From: a virus
Taxonomy: Duplodnaviria > Caudoviricetes
Strand: one strand, 5' to 3'
DNA length: 64,000 nt
Virus record (IMG/VR): IMGVR_UViG_3300031555_005762
Coordinates: 1-64,000 of that record
Both the position numbers and the translations under genes were made by a program. The notes beneath the pieces were generated by a model. The model had not been told where the DNA came from. It ran no database searches and saw nothing but the letters and a program-made list of their open reading frames with translations. Positions within the stretch are counted from its first letter, which is position 1. Every line of letters begins with the position of its first letter. This document shows positions 55,283 through 64,000 of the stretch, one piece after another.

Positions 55283-55799
55283 GACGAACTCCAGCAGTAC
55301 ACACAGTATTTGTATTTCCAGAGGAGGATACAAGATTCCGGAGATGACGTATTTCCGGATTGATGAATGGGGGTGGGAGATCGGTATTGAGTATGATACA
55401 GCATCGTATTTGTATACGGCGATCATTACCTGTTTTGAGGAAAAGGAAACGGATATGCTCCTTGCGTCCCTGAAGGATACGTTGGATGGTCTTGGAATCC
55501 GGTACGAAATGGAAGATCCGGAGTGGAAAATGTACAGCTGGGGGCGAGATACAGAAAAAGGCGGCATTGACCATGGCAGTGAACTGTTGGAATTTGTAGA
55601 AGCGGTTCTGAATGATTCTGATCTGCTCCTGCGGTATCTTTATGGAGATAGCTTTATTGCTACCGGCAATGACAACAATGATCGGCATGATATGTCGGAT
55701 GCAGCCTTTTCGACGATTTATGACTTTGAAACTCGTGAATACGTTGGCAATCCGCATCACGATGAAGAACATTATGAGTATTTTTACAAAGGAAACTGA
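55254..55799 (+). CDS. FETNSSS-motif protein 1
   Basis: MIQIRRGVFETNSSSTHSICI. Confidence 0.85.
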   Translation: MIQIRRGVFETNSSSTHSICISRGGYKIPEMTYFRIDEWGWEIGIEYDTASYLYTAIITCFEEKETDMLLASLKDTLDGLGIRYEMEDPEWKMYSWGRDTEKGGIDHGSELLEFVEAVLNDSDLLLRYLYGDSFIATGNDNNDRHDMSDAAFSTIYDFETREYVGNPHHDEEHYEYFYKGN

Positions 55800-55808
55800 G
55801 GTGATTTA

Positions 55809-56321
55809 ATGCTGCAAATCAGACAGGGCGTGTTTGAAACCAATTCCAGCTCGTCCCATAGTCTTGTGATCAAGAAACAGGGCGGCAAGTACACACACGA
55901 AGAGCTTATGGAGAATTTCGGGTGGTGTCTTGATGTTCCTGGCCGGGAAGGATACTGGCAGCCGTGGTCAGATGATCTTTATTTCGGTCGGTCACCGTTT
56001 CAGGTGCTGGACGGATTCAGAGAGAAACTTGCTTATGCGTATGCCAATACTGCTCCGGCCAAATGGGATGATGTAACGGCTGTAGCACATGAGATTATGC
56101 CGGAATATCTGGGGATGAAAACTATAGGCGATGATATGTGGTGCGGTACAGACGATATGGCATTATACGACTGGCTTGATAAGGCTGGTGTAAGCCTGAG
56201 AGAATTTTTGGAAGACAGCCGATATGTGGTCATCTGTGACGGTGATGAATACTGCGTATGGGACAGCCTGAAACAGTCCGGACTGGTAGACAAGCTTGTT
56301 ATCGACAAGGAAATTGTATAA
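55809..56321 (+). CDS. FETNSSS-motif protein 2
   Basis: MLQIRQGVFETNSSSSHSLVI. Confidence 0.85.
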   Translation: MLQIRQGVFETNSSSSHSLVIKKQGGKYTHEELMENFGWCLDVPGREGYWQPWSDDLYFGRSPFQVLDGFREKLAYAYANTAPAKWDDVTAVAHEIMPEYLGMKTIGDDMWCGTDDMALYDWLDKAGVSLREFLEDSRYVVICDGDEYCVWDSLKQSGLVDKLVIDKEIV

Positions 56322-56330
56322 GGAGAATGT

Positions 56331-56690
56331 ATGAAGCAGATCAGAAGAAGCGTTTTTGAAACGAACAGCAGCAGTACGCACAGCATTACGATGTGTTTGA
56401 AATCAGAGTATGACCGCTGGGAAGCCGGTGAGTTTTACTGGAGCCGCTGGGATTGTGAGTTGGTACCGGTAAATAAAGCTGACAAAGAGGTTCTCGACGG
56501 TATCGGAGCATCTGGTGAGATGTATTCCAAGGATGAAATCGATAAAATCCGGCGAGGTGACTACGGATTCTATACATACGATGAATTCTGGAACGGCGGA
56601 TACATTGAATATGAAGACTATTGTGAGTCTTTCTTGATACCGGGTGGCGAAAAGGTGATCGCCTTTGGTTATTACGGACAGGATTATTGA
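56331..56690 (+). CDS. FETNSSS-motif protein 3
   Basis: MKQIRRSVFETNSSSTHSITM. Confidence 0.85.
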   Translation: MKQIRRSVFETNSSSTHSITMCLKSEYDRWEAGEFYWSRWDCELVPVNKADKEVLDGIGASGEMYSKDEIDKIRRGDYGFYTYDEFWNGGYIEYEDYCESFLIPGGEKVIAFGYYGQDY

Positions 56691-56697
56691 GGTGGCG

Positions 56698-57585
56698 ATG
56701 AAGATACTTGGCATTTATACGAATAACGACTATCAGGTTGCCATCTTTGAAGACGGGACCAAAATCCGGTACAACAAACTGGAATCATTTCATCCTGTGA
56801 AGCCGGAGTGTATTGATCTGAAAATTACCAATCGCTGTACCGGTACCGGCTGTGCCTACTGCCATGAGGATTCTTCTCCCGACGGACAGCACGGAGACAT
56901 TCTGAATCTTCCCTTTTTGGATTCTTTACTGCCGTACACAGAACTTGCCATCGGCGGTGGGAATCCTTTGGAACATCCGGATCTGACTGCGTTTCTGGCT
57001 GAGTGCCGCAAGCGGAAGATTATTGCCAACATGACAGTGAACCAGAAGCATTTTGTGGACAACTGGATGCAGATAGATTCTATGCTTACTTTTCAGGAAA
57101 TTTACGGGCTCGGTGTATCTGTGACCCGGGTGGACGAAGAGTTTCTAAATTTCGTTCGGTACATGAACGGAATGAATATTGTGTTTCATGTGATCAATGG
57201 CGTGATTGAACCGACAGAGCTGGAGAAGCTGTACGGAATGGGATACAAGATTCTGATTCTTGGGTACAAGCAGTTCCGGCGTGGTGAGAAGTTCTATTCC
57301 CCTGCTGTACAGGCCAGAATGGATATGATGTCTGCGAAACTGCCGGAGATTCTGACGCAGTTTAATGTGGTTAGCTTTGACAATTTGGCGCTGAAACAGC
57401 TTCCGGTAAAAGAACAGATGTCATACGAGGAATGGGAAAAGTTCTATATGGGCGATGACGGTCAGTTTACCATGTACATAGACGCTGTGAAGCAGGAGTT
57501 CGCGAAGAGCTCGACTTCAACGGAACGCTGGCCGATTACCGGCGATATTGCAAAAATGTTTGGGGTGGTGAGAAATCAGTTTTGA
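56698..57585 (+). CDS. Radical SAM enzyme (CX4CX2C)
   Basis: IDLKITNRCTGTGCAYCHEDS; ELAIGGGNPLEHP; NMTVN; GLGVS; HVING. Confidence 0.9.
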   Translation: MKILGIYTNNDYQVAIFEDGTKIRYNKLESFHPVKPECIDLKITNRCTGTGCAYCHEDSSPDGQHGDILNLPFLDSLLPYTELAIGGGNPLEHPDLTAFLAECRKRKIIANMTVNQKHFVDNWMQIDSMLTFQEIYGLGVSVTRVDEEFLNFVRYMNGMNIVFHVINGVIEPTELEKLYGMGYKILILGYKQFRRGEKFYSPAVQARMDMMSAKLPEILTQFNVVSFDNLALKQLPVKEQMSYEEWEKFYMGDDGQFTMYIDAVKQEFAKSSTSTERWPITGDIAKMFGVVRNQF

Positions 57586-58562
57586 AAAATGTGTCACGAG
57601 GTGTGAATGATTTTAGTTCCATATTTCCTCAGTATATGCCATATTTGAAGGATAAAGATGATGGATATAAGCACACACCTCATTCTAATAAGTCTGTGTG
57701 GTGGAAATGTCCCGATTGTGGACATGAATTCAAACAATCTTTTAACAAATTTGTTTCCAAGCTAAATAAATGTCCAGCCTGTTCTGATACAGCGAGCTAT
57801 GCGGTTAAATTCTTATGTTGTGTATTTAACCAGCTTAGTGTTCCGTTCCAGATGGAAAAGAGCTTTGACTGGCTACCGCGGCGCAGGTATGATTTTTGGC
57901 TCCCTGAACAAGATGTAATTATCGAGATACATGGCAAACAGCATTATTCTATCGGTGATCCTTGGAACTCTGACGGCAAGCAAAAATACATAGATTTGAT
58001 GAAGGAAGAAAAGGCTTACGAAAATGGATATACAGGAAGGTACATTGTTTTAATGTATGATGTGTCCGGAGACGGAAGTCGTTTTGTTACACAAATACTT
58101 GGCAGTAATCTACAGACTATGTTTTCGATGGAAAATGTAGACTGGTCTGCCTGTAACCAATATGCTATTTTAAGCAATTCAGTTAAAGAGGTATGTGACA
58201 TTTATAATTCTGGAGTCGTAGATCTAACTCAAATCTGCCGCATGACGCATTATTCTTCTCTGAACACGATTCGTGAAAAGTTGAAGAAAGGCGCTTTATT
58301 GGGGTGGTGTGATTACTCTGCCGCTGTGGCATTGCAGAATGCTCACCGTAAGAGCGGAGATCATGTTTTAGCGACTATGTGTAATTCCGTAGTGTGTTTT
58401 GACCTGGACGGGAATAAATTATGTACCTATCCAAGTCTACAGGAAGCTCAGCGAAGATGCGGTATATCTCACATTTGGGAATGTTGTGTTGGGAAAAGGG
58501 AGACTGCGGGAGGTTTTCGCTGGATGTATGAAAAAGATTGTATAGTGAGAGGTGAATGTTGA
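57582..58562 (+). CDS. Free-standing homing endonuclease-like protein (zinc ribbon, Vsr/DUF559-like PD-(D/E)XK, NUMOD1)
   Basis: VWWKCPDCGHEF...CPAC; RYDFWL...IIEIHGKQHY; TYPSLQEAQR...TAGGFRWMY; AT-rich. Confidence 0.8.
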   Translation: MKNVSRGVNDFSSIFPQYMPYLKDKDDGYKHTPHSNKSVWWKCPDCGHEFKQSFNKFVSKLNKCPACSDTASYAVKFLCCVFNQLSVPFQMEKSFDWLPRRRYDFWLPEQDVIIEIHGKQHYSIGDPWNSDGKQKYIDLMKEEKAYENGYTGRYIVLMYDVSGDGSRFVTQILGSNLQTMFSMENVDWSACNQYAILSNSVKEVCDIYNSGVVDLTQICRMTHYSSLNTIREKLKKGALLGWCDYSAAVALQNAHRKSGDHVLATMCNSVVCFDLDGNKLCTYPSLQEAQRRCGISHIWECCVGKRETAGGFRWMYEKDCIVRGEC

Positions 58563-58903
58563 TGAAGAAAGATACGTTTATTAAGATCATGGATGCTCTT
58601 ATGGAATACTGGGATAAGGTGCAGCTTCTGGAAAATGTGTTCGGATGTTATTTTGAGGACAGTTTTCTGATGAAGATTATGGACGGTGTTCTGGATGCTG
58701 TTTATGACGAAATGGAAGGAAACTGTCCGGAAACATGGGAACCTTTGGTTTTTGACTTTGCGTTCAATCACAACTGGGGGCGGGATGATGCGTTGGTTGT
58801 GTGGATCGGAGAGAAAGAATATGCTGCGTCTACTGCCGGTGAGTTGTATGATCTGATTCTTCTGATGCAGCCGTTATACGATAAGGAGGGTAAAAATGGA
58901 TAA
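58556..58903 (+). CDS. Hypothetical protein
   Basis: 115 aa ORF. Confidence 0.75.
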   Translation: MLMKKDTFIKIMDALMEYWDKVQLLENVFGCYFEDSFLMKIMDGVLDAVYDEMEGNCPETWEPLVFDFAFNHNWGRDDALVVWIGEKEYAASTAGELYDLILLMQPLYDKEGKNG

Positions 58904-59117
58904 TAAAAGCAGCGGCGGACTCGGTTTATGCGGAGTTCTAACGATTGTGTTTGTCGTGTTGAAGTTGACCGGTGTGATCAGCTGGTCTTGGTGGTGGGTT
59001 CTCTCGCCTGTCTGGATTGATCTTTTGCTTGCCGGTGTGGTGCTGCTACTTATAGCAGTGATTAATCGATATGAAGAACGCAGACTTTACGGAAGGAGTA
59101 AAAGATGGAAGCACTGA
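58896..59117 (+). CDS. Small phage membrane protein
   Basis: GGLG...LTIVFVVLKLTGVI.WSWWWVLSP.W family pattern. Confidence 0.85.
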   Translation: MDNKSSGGLGLCGVLTIVFVVLKLTGVISWSWWWVLSPVWIDLLLAGVVLLLIAVINRYEERRLYGRSKRWKH

Positions 59118-59290
59118 ACCAGATGATCCGTGAATGGCGTGATATGGAACTTTGGCTAATGACAGAGACTACACTTCATGATCTAAAAATGGACAGGCAG
59201 GGACGTAAGGTTTGGCGATGGCTTGGCCGGTACAGAAAACTTCTTATGAGACTGTGCCGGTTCTATGGGAGAAGTACATATGACTTGTAA
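59105..59290 (+). CDS. Hypothetical protein
   Basis: 61 aa ORF. Confidence 0.55.
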   Translation: MEALNQMIREWRDMELWLMTETTLHDLKMDRQGRKVWRWLGRYRKLLMRLCRFYGRSTYDL

Positions 59291-59492
59291 GAAATGCAGC
59301 TGGAGCGGAATTACCATCCGCCCTGACGGGATACACGAATTAGACGCTTGCCTATTTCAATTGAAGCAGAAACTGCGGAACGTAACGATAGAGATTCTGG
59401 AGTGCCCGGTCTGCGGTGATGTTTCTATTGGTTGGTATAAGCAGGACAATACAGAAGATATAACGGAGAATGAAGATGGTAGAAATTCGTGA
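59280..59492 (+). CDS. Zinc-finger small protein
   Basis: CKKC...CPVCG. Confidence 0.7.
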   Translation: MTCKKCSWSGITIRPDGIHELDACLFQLKQKLRNVTIEILECPVCGDVSIGWYKQDNTEDITENEDGRNS

Positions 59493-59766
59493 AACCTGTT
59501 ATGACCATGATGCCGATTTTGACTATGGATGCGTAACTACGAATGAAGGCGTATGGATCCGTAAGATTATCAAGCTGTCTGAAGAATATCCTGATCAGGT
59601 TTTAATTACCAAAAGGCCTGAGGACAATCAATCTTATCTTATGGCACGGGTTCCTAAATCTTGGTTTGTGATCCGCCCGCCGAAGAAGATGAATCTGAGC
59701 GAGGAGCAGAAGGATGCTCTCAGAGACAGAATGGCGAAAGCCAGAGAAAAAAGAAAGGAAAACTGA
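59470..59766 (+). CDS. Hypothetical protein
   Basis: VP.SWF.IRPPKKMNLSEEQK. Confidence 0.75.
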   Translation: MKMVEIRETCYDHDADFDYGCVTTNEGVWIRKIIKLSEEYPDQVLITKRPEDNQSYLMARVPKSWFVIRPPKKMNLSEEQKDALRDRMAKAREKRKEN

Positions 59767-59996
59767 TGGCGTTTAATATTTGCGTGATAATTGGTATTGT
59801 AATACAAGGCATAATCATCATCTGGCTGGCTAAGCAATGTGTGGCGCATAATTTTGCTCTTGCGGCAATGCTTGCCTACTTTCAGGCATTAGCAACAGAC
59901 CTTGGCTACCCGAAGATTATCGAAAACGATGATGTTGATTCCGATGAGCTTCGGAAATGGGTTCACGCTAAAAAGGAAACAAACGGAGATACCTGA
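59766..59996 (+). CDS. Small membrane protein
   Basis: Start MAFNIC; N-terminal TM segment. Confidence 0.65.
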   Translation: MAFNICVIIGIVIQGIIIIWLAKQCVAHNFALAAMLAYFQALATDLGYPKIIENDDVDSDELRKWVHAKKETNGDT

Positions 59997-59997
59997 T

Positions 59998-60177
59998 ATG
60001 AAAAAGCAAAATTGCAAAGGTTGCATCTGGTTAGACACTTGTCTTAACAAGACAGAAACAGATGAGGCTTGTGAAGATTATTTCACGGACGAAGAAGACA
60101 ATCTTGTTAGGCACCTGACTAACCAAAGAAGAGAATATCAAAAGGAATGGGACATTTACGTACAAGATGCAGACTGA
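59998..60177 (+). CDS. Small Cys-rich protein
   Basis: CKGCIWLDTC. Confidence 0.65.
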   Translation: MKKQNCKGCIWLDTCLNKTETDEACEDYFTDEEDNLVRHLTNQRREYQKEWDIYVQDAD

Positions 60178-60188
60178 GAGGTTAGATC

Positions 60189-63100
60189 TTGACAAGCAGA
60201 CCTTTATATACATATAAGTTCAAGTCTTCCAGATTGAAGGAAGCTAAATATGATCTGAATATATCTTTCAAGGAAGCAAAAAAGAGAAATGAAGTAATCT
60301 CGCTCGCTGATTCTCAGATTCTGCGAAGCATCCGGTACATACAGGGGCGAGAGATCGATTACGAGGAACTGGAACGGCTGATCTCCAGAAGAGATTATCT
60401 CCGGCGGCAGAAGGGTGCTCGAAGAGAGTATACTGAGTTACAGGAAACGCAGGATAAGATTAATGATATGCTGATGGTTCCTGAATATGTGACGGTTTTT
60501 ATAGAGGAAAGCTCACATTATGAGTATATTTTCAGAAACGGCATTCGCCTAAATGGAAAGACATACAAACGCCTATCTTGTTCTGCCGGTCAGGCAAGAA
60601 ACTCGACAGTGGTTCTATGTGATACTGAAATCATAGACAGGCTCAAAGAGATCTTAAACAATGGGCGTGATATGTCGAAGCCGCTGGCCCCCAGTAAGTT
60701 CAATGCATATTTTGGACTCGCTGGATCATCAACTCATATTGTGTCCGAACCAAAGTTTATTGTTATCCGGGACTATGAAAACACAACGTCATTCATGGCG
60801 AACTATCTTACGGAAAATCCGGACTGGGACAGAGACGACACGCTGGATGTACGGATGATCGAAGATATGCCCATGAACCGCACGGACGGCATGGGATTGA
60901 TTTCTCCGGAACTGTCCGAGAAATGGGCCAAGGAACTGGGTCTTGATTACATACCGGCGCAGTGGTGTATCCGTCAGTCCTTTATCAAAGGAATGGTTTG
61001 CACCTTCCCTATCCATCAGTTCTGCGAAGAAGTGGCTGGCGGGAATTATATGGTGGAAACGATCTACAAAGACGAAGCCGGTAATCCGATTGTGGCTGAC
61101 CTGCGGGATTACGATATGATTCTGACGGAGTCTCAGTTTAAGCTGTGGGACAGCTACCCTTCTCTGGATGTGTACATAGAAAATTATCATAAGAATCACC
61201 TGTACTGGGGCGTCAGCCAGTTTACACCGAAACAGGCCAAAGATACACTTACACTGAATTATCAGTTTATACAGACGCTTGATCTGGATGAGGAAGGTGT
61301 AAGAGAACTGTGCGGGCAGTTTGTTGACTGGATCAGCGGTGTGTCCTGTGACAATTATTCGTATATGCTTCTTTATCTGATGGGTGTTGGAGACGACGAG
61401 GACAAGTTGCGAAACTGGATGCGAAGCAGCGACAACTGGTGGCTGAAGTCTCTGATGATGTGTCCAGACCTGATGAATGATAAGTACACACGGGCAAAAA
61501 TCCGGGATCTGATACGGAACCGGATTCAGAACGGCTGCATGGGTGAGATTTGTGTAGATGGAAACTTCCAGGTGATGGTATCGGATCCGTATGGGTTTAT
61601 GCAGCATGCCTGCGGTCTTCCGGTGACGGGGCTTCTGGGCAAGGACGAATTCTATTGCAGCTACTGGAATGAGCGTGGTGTTACGCAGGTGGATTCCATG
61701 CGATCGCCTCTTACATATCGCAGTGAGCACGTTATTGCGAATCTGGTGAAGAATGAAGAAACGGAGAAGTGGTATCGGTATTGTTATCTTGGGTTTATTC
61801 TGAATTATCATGGACATGATACAGTGATGTACGCCGGGTCGGATCAATCGGGTTCTGCCTTATGGCATAACATGGTGAACCAGCAGAGCTGGGTGTCTGC
61901 ATACGCAGGCTAACGGGGGACAGCTACGGGCGCAAGCCTATGCCAATCCCGTGCGAAATTTGGTGTTATATCAGAGAATGGGAGGTTAATGGAATATAGA
62001 GAAATCCCTTTTTTAAGAGGGTATAAGATCAGTGAATACGGAGATGTTTTATCCAAACGGAATGGGAAACCATTAAGAATCTATGCAAAACCATTAGGTG
62101 ACGATAGATGTTGTATCCGTGAAACGTATTATCTCATATCAGAGCTTGTTGCATCAACTTATCTTGGTGAAATGGATTTGGATGTTTATTGTGTATGTCA
62201 TAAAGATGGAAATCAACATAATAACCATGTATCCAATCTTGAGTGGCATAAACGAAAGAAAGATTTGATATATAAACCTATACCAGGATATCCTAATTAT
62301 GAGATATCTGAGCTGGGCGATGTATATAATCTTGTGTATCGAAAGCATATGGGAGCCCATCCCGATCAGGACGGTTACTATAAAGTTCATATATCTAATA
62401 ATGGTAAGACAGACACTTGGTTCGTACACCGTCTTGTAGCTCTTACATATTTAGAGAAGCCGGAAGGTTGCAATGTTGTAAATCATTTAGATTCTGATAG
62501 GAAGAACAATGATTACAGGAACTTGGAATGGACTACTGCTCAAGGGAATTATGAGCATGGTATGCTTTATGGTTATAATCAGCCGCAAGGTGAAAATAAT
62601 CCTCGTAGTAAATTAACAGAAGATCAAGTAAAAGACATCCGTTATTTATTTTCGAATGGGTACCGTGTAGCTGATATCCAAAAGAAATATGATTTTGTAC
62701 GTTGGGAAGAAATAAAGAATATTGTGACTTATAGAGCGTGGAAAAACGTAAACTGATCTAACACCAATAAACGTGTAACGACTATCCCTTGGCTCCCCGG
62801 CTAATAAATGGAGCAATAGGAGTACGGCGGCCGCGAGGTCGTGGGTGAGAACCCCTTAAATGGAAGTGCCATGCCTCAACAATGTTGAGTGAAGATATAG
62901 TCTACTCCGTGGGTATGTACCCAGAAATATCCCGAAAGGGACGGTATAAAGGTTCGATCAAATGGTCGCGCTGCGTAGCGATGCGCAGATGAAAATGTGG
63001 TGAACCTGTAAATACAGGGTGTCGCCGGGACGGTTAGGAACCGCAGGAAATGGCGGTTTATCCGGCGGCTGACAGGGGAGGCTGAATGAAGTATGCTAAT

Positions 63101-64000
63101 CCTGTGGCAAGCGTGGAAACACGAAGCTCAAACGACTAACCCTTGGCCAGATGGCAATAGGTGTACGGCCCCGGTGAAATTCCGGGGCGGGTGAAATTCC
63201 CTTAATTGGAAGTGCCACACACCTCTCAGAGGTGATGATATAGTCTAATCCCGATGGAAACATCATGAAATACGGCGAAAGCCGGGGTTCAATTGTATGA
63301 TATAGTAGCCAGTACATCAAACAAAACCATGATTAACGGCGTATACCGGAATGAACTTCCTGTTGTATACGATCCTCCTAAACCCAAGAAGATACTCTTT
63401 ACTGATGAAGACCTGTATCGGGCAGACACATTCGGTTTCGGGTCTATTATCGGGAGTATTACCAACAAGAGTTCTATTGCCTATTCCCTGCTCCCTCTCA
63501 TTGAACGGGACTATGGGAAAGACAGTGAGGAATACAAGCTGACTGTGTCGAGATTACAGCAGTGCTGTGCGGCACAGTCGAGACAGATCGATAAAATTTT
63601 GTCGCTTTACGCAGCGATGCGTATCGAACAATGTGGTGAACCTGCAGATGCAGGGTGTCCGCTTTACGTATAGGATCAACAGGAAATGGTTGATAAAAAG
63701 CGGGCTGACCGGGGAAACCGTAGCGGGTCGTGCCGTCGGCAATCCGGTGCTTGAAAACAAGTCCAACGATCATCCCTTTGGCCGTGGAATTCGGCAACAG
63801 GAGTAGGGCTGTCAGGCATGGCAGCGGGTGAGAGTCCCTTAAATCGAAGCGCCACACAACTCTTTGAGTTGATGATATGATCTACACCCTGCCCCGTCCG
63901 GGGGCGAAATACCGGGAAACCGGGGGTATTCAGGAAAACGAAGATCGGACAGGTTGTCAAGGGTATTCCGAAGGTTTGGATTGAAAAGCAGGACGATGAG
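60189..64000 (+). CDS. YonO-like single-subunit (RdRP-fold, two-barrel) DNA-dependent RNA polymerase; spliced from exons 60189-61844, 62953-62958, 63296-63592 and 63935 onward
   Basis: TDGMGLIS, CIRQ..IKG, RSP motifs. In-frame splicing yields AGSD-FD-YDIVASTSN (catalytic DxDxD) and RQID-KTKIG; exon lengths 1656, 6, 297 and 66+ nt are all multiples of 3. Confidence 0.88.
61845..62952 (+). mobile_element. Group I intron 1 (carries an HNH endonuclease ORF)
   Basis: Exon ends in U, intron ends in G; AATCCCGTG; P7 ACGACTAT (near 62779) pairs with AAGATATAGTCTA (near 62892). Confidence 0.9.
61989..62756 (+). CDS. Intron-encoded tandem NUMOD4-HNH homing endonuclease
   Basis: Two HNH units (CHKDGNQHNNHVSNLEW; NHLDSDRKNNDYRNLEW) and C-terminal GENNPRSKLTEDQV. 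Confidence 0.9.
   Translation: MEYREIPFLRGYKISEYGDVLSKRNGKPLRIYAKPLGDDRCCIRETYYLISELVASTYLGEMDLDVYCVCHKDGNQHNNHVSNLEWHKRKKDLIYKPIPGYPNYEISELGDVYNLVYRKHMGAHPDQDGYYKVHISNNGKTDTWFVHRLVALTYLEKPEGCNVVNHLDSDRKNNDYRNLEWTTAQGNYEHGMLYGYNQPQGENNPRSKLTEDQVKDIRYLFSNGYRVADIQKKYDFVRWEEIKNIVTYRAWKNVN
62959..63295 (+). mobile_element. Group I intron 2 (ORF-less, 337 nt)
   Basis: P1 CGAU|C pairs with GGUCG including the U-G wobble; P7 ACGACTAA / GATATAGTCTA; terminal G at 63295. Confidence 0.9.
63593..63934 (+). mobile_element. Group I intron 3 (ORF-less, 342 nt)
   Basis: 5' part homologous to intron 2 (GCGATGCG...AATGTGGTGAACCTG..A..CAGGGTGTC); P7 covaries to GATCA / TGATC; terminal G at 63934. Confidence 0.88.

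Noticed and set aside
61845-61913. C-terminal QSGSALWHNMVNQQSWVSAYAG of the track ORF 60189-61913
   Set aside because: This is read-through into intron 1, not polymerase sequence. The tail of track ORF 63293-63673 after 63592 is likewise intronic.
63096-63960. Small ORFs inside introns 2 and 3
   Set aside because: They overlap conserved ribozyme core elements and have no protein features.
1-64000. Stop-codon recoding, diversity-generating retroelement, IS elements, rRNA
   Set aside because: Genes are intact in code 11; no reverse transcriptase, TR/VR pair, transposase or rRNA sequence was recognised.

Overview
The whole window is phage DNA. It is part of a large, probably temperate (SPbeta-like) phage or prophage of a Firmicute (Clostridia-like) host, inferred from perfect TTGACA-17-TATAAT promoters and AGGAGG ribosome-binding sites. 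There are two divergent arms separated by a ~1.9 kb largely non-coding region (47.1-49.0 kb). The leftward arm (47 kb to 1) starts with dense small early genes arranged as promoter-gene-terminator cassettes. It continues through a regulatory block (MazF-like, MrpR/integrase-fold repressor-like, tRNA-like element, ArgR) and a nucleotide/RNA metabolism block (ThyX-like, Pnkp kinase-phosphatase-ligase, vWA, a divergent adenylosuccinate synthetase). It ends in recombination and replication genes (Sak3-like, SSB, PD-(D/E)XK nuclease, primase-helicase, and a DnaE polymerase carrying an HNH intein that the ORF track misses). The rightward arm carries an SF2 helicase-like gene, an AAA/NadR-like ATPase, three tandem paralogues sharing an N-terminal IRxxVFETNSSSxHS motif next to a radical SAM enzyme, and a YonO-like single-subunit RNA polymerase. 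The polymerase gene is split by at least three group I introns; two of them flank a 6-nt micro-exon that supplies the middle of the catalytic DxDxD motif. Family names come from motif recognition only, and no database searches were run.
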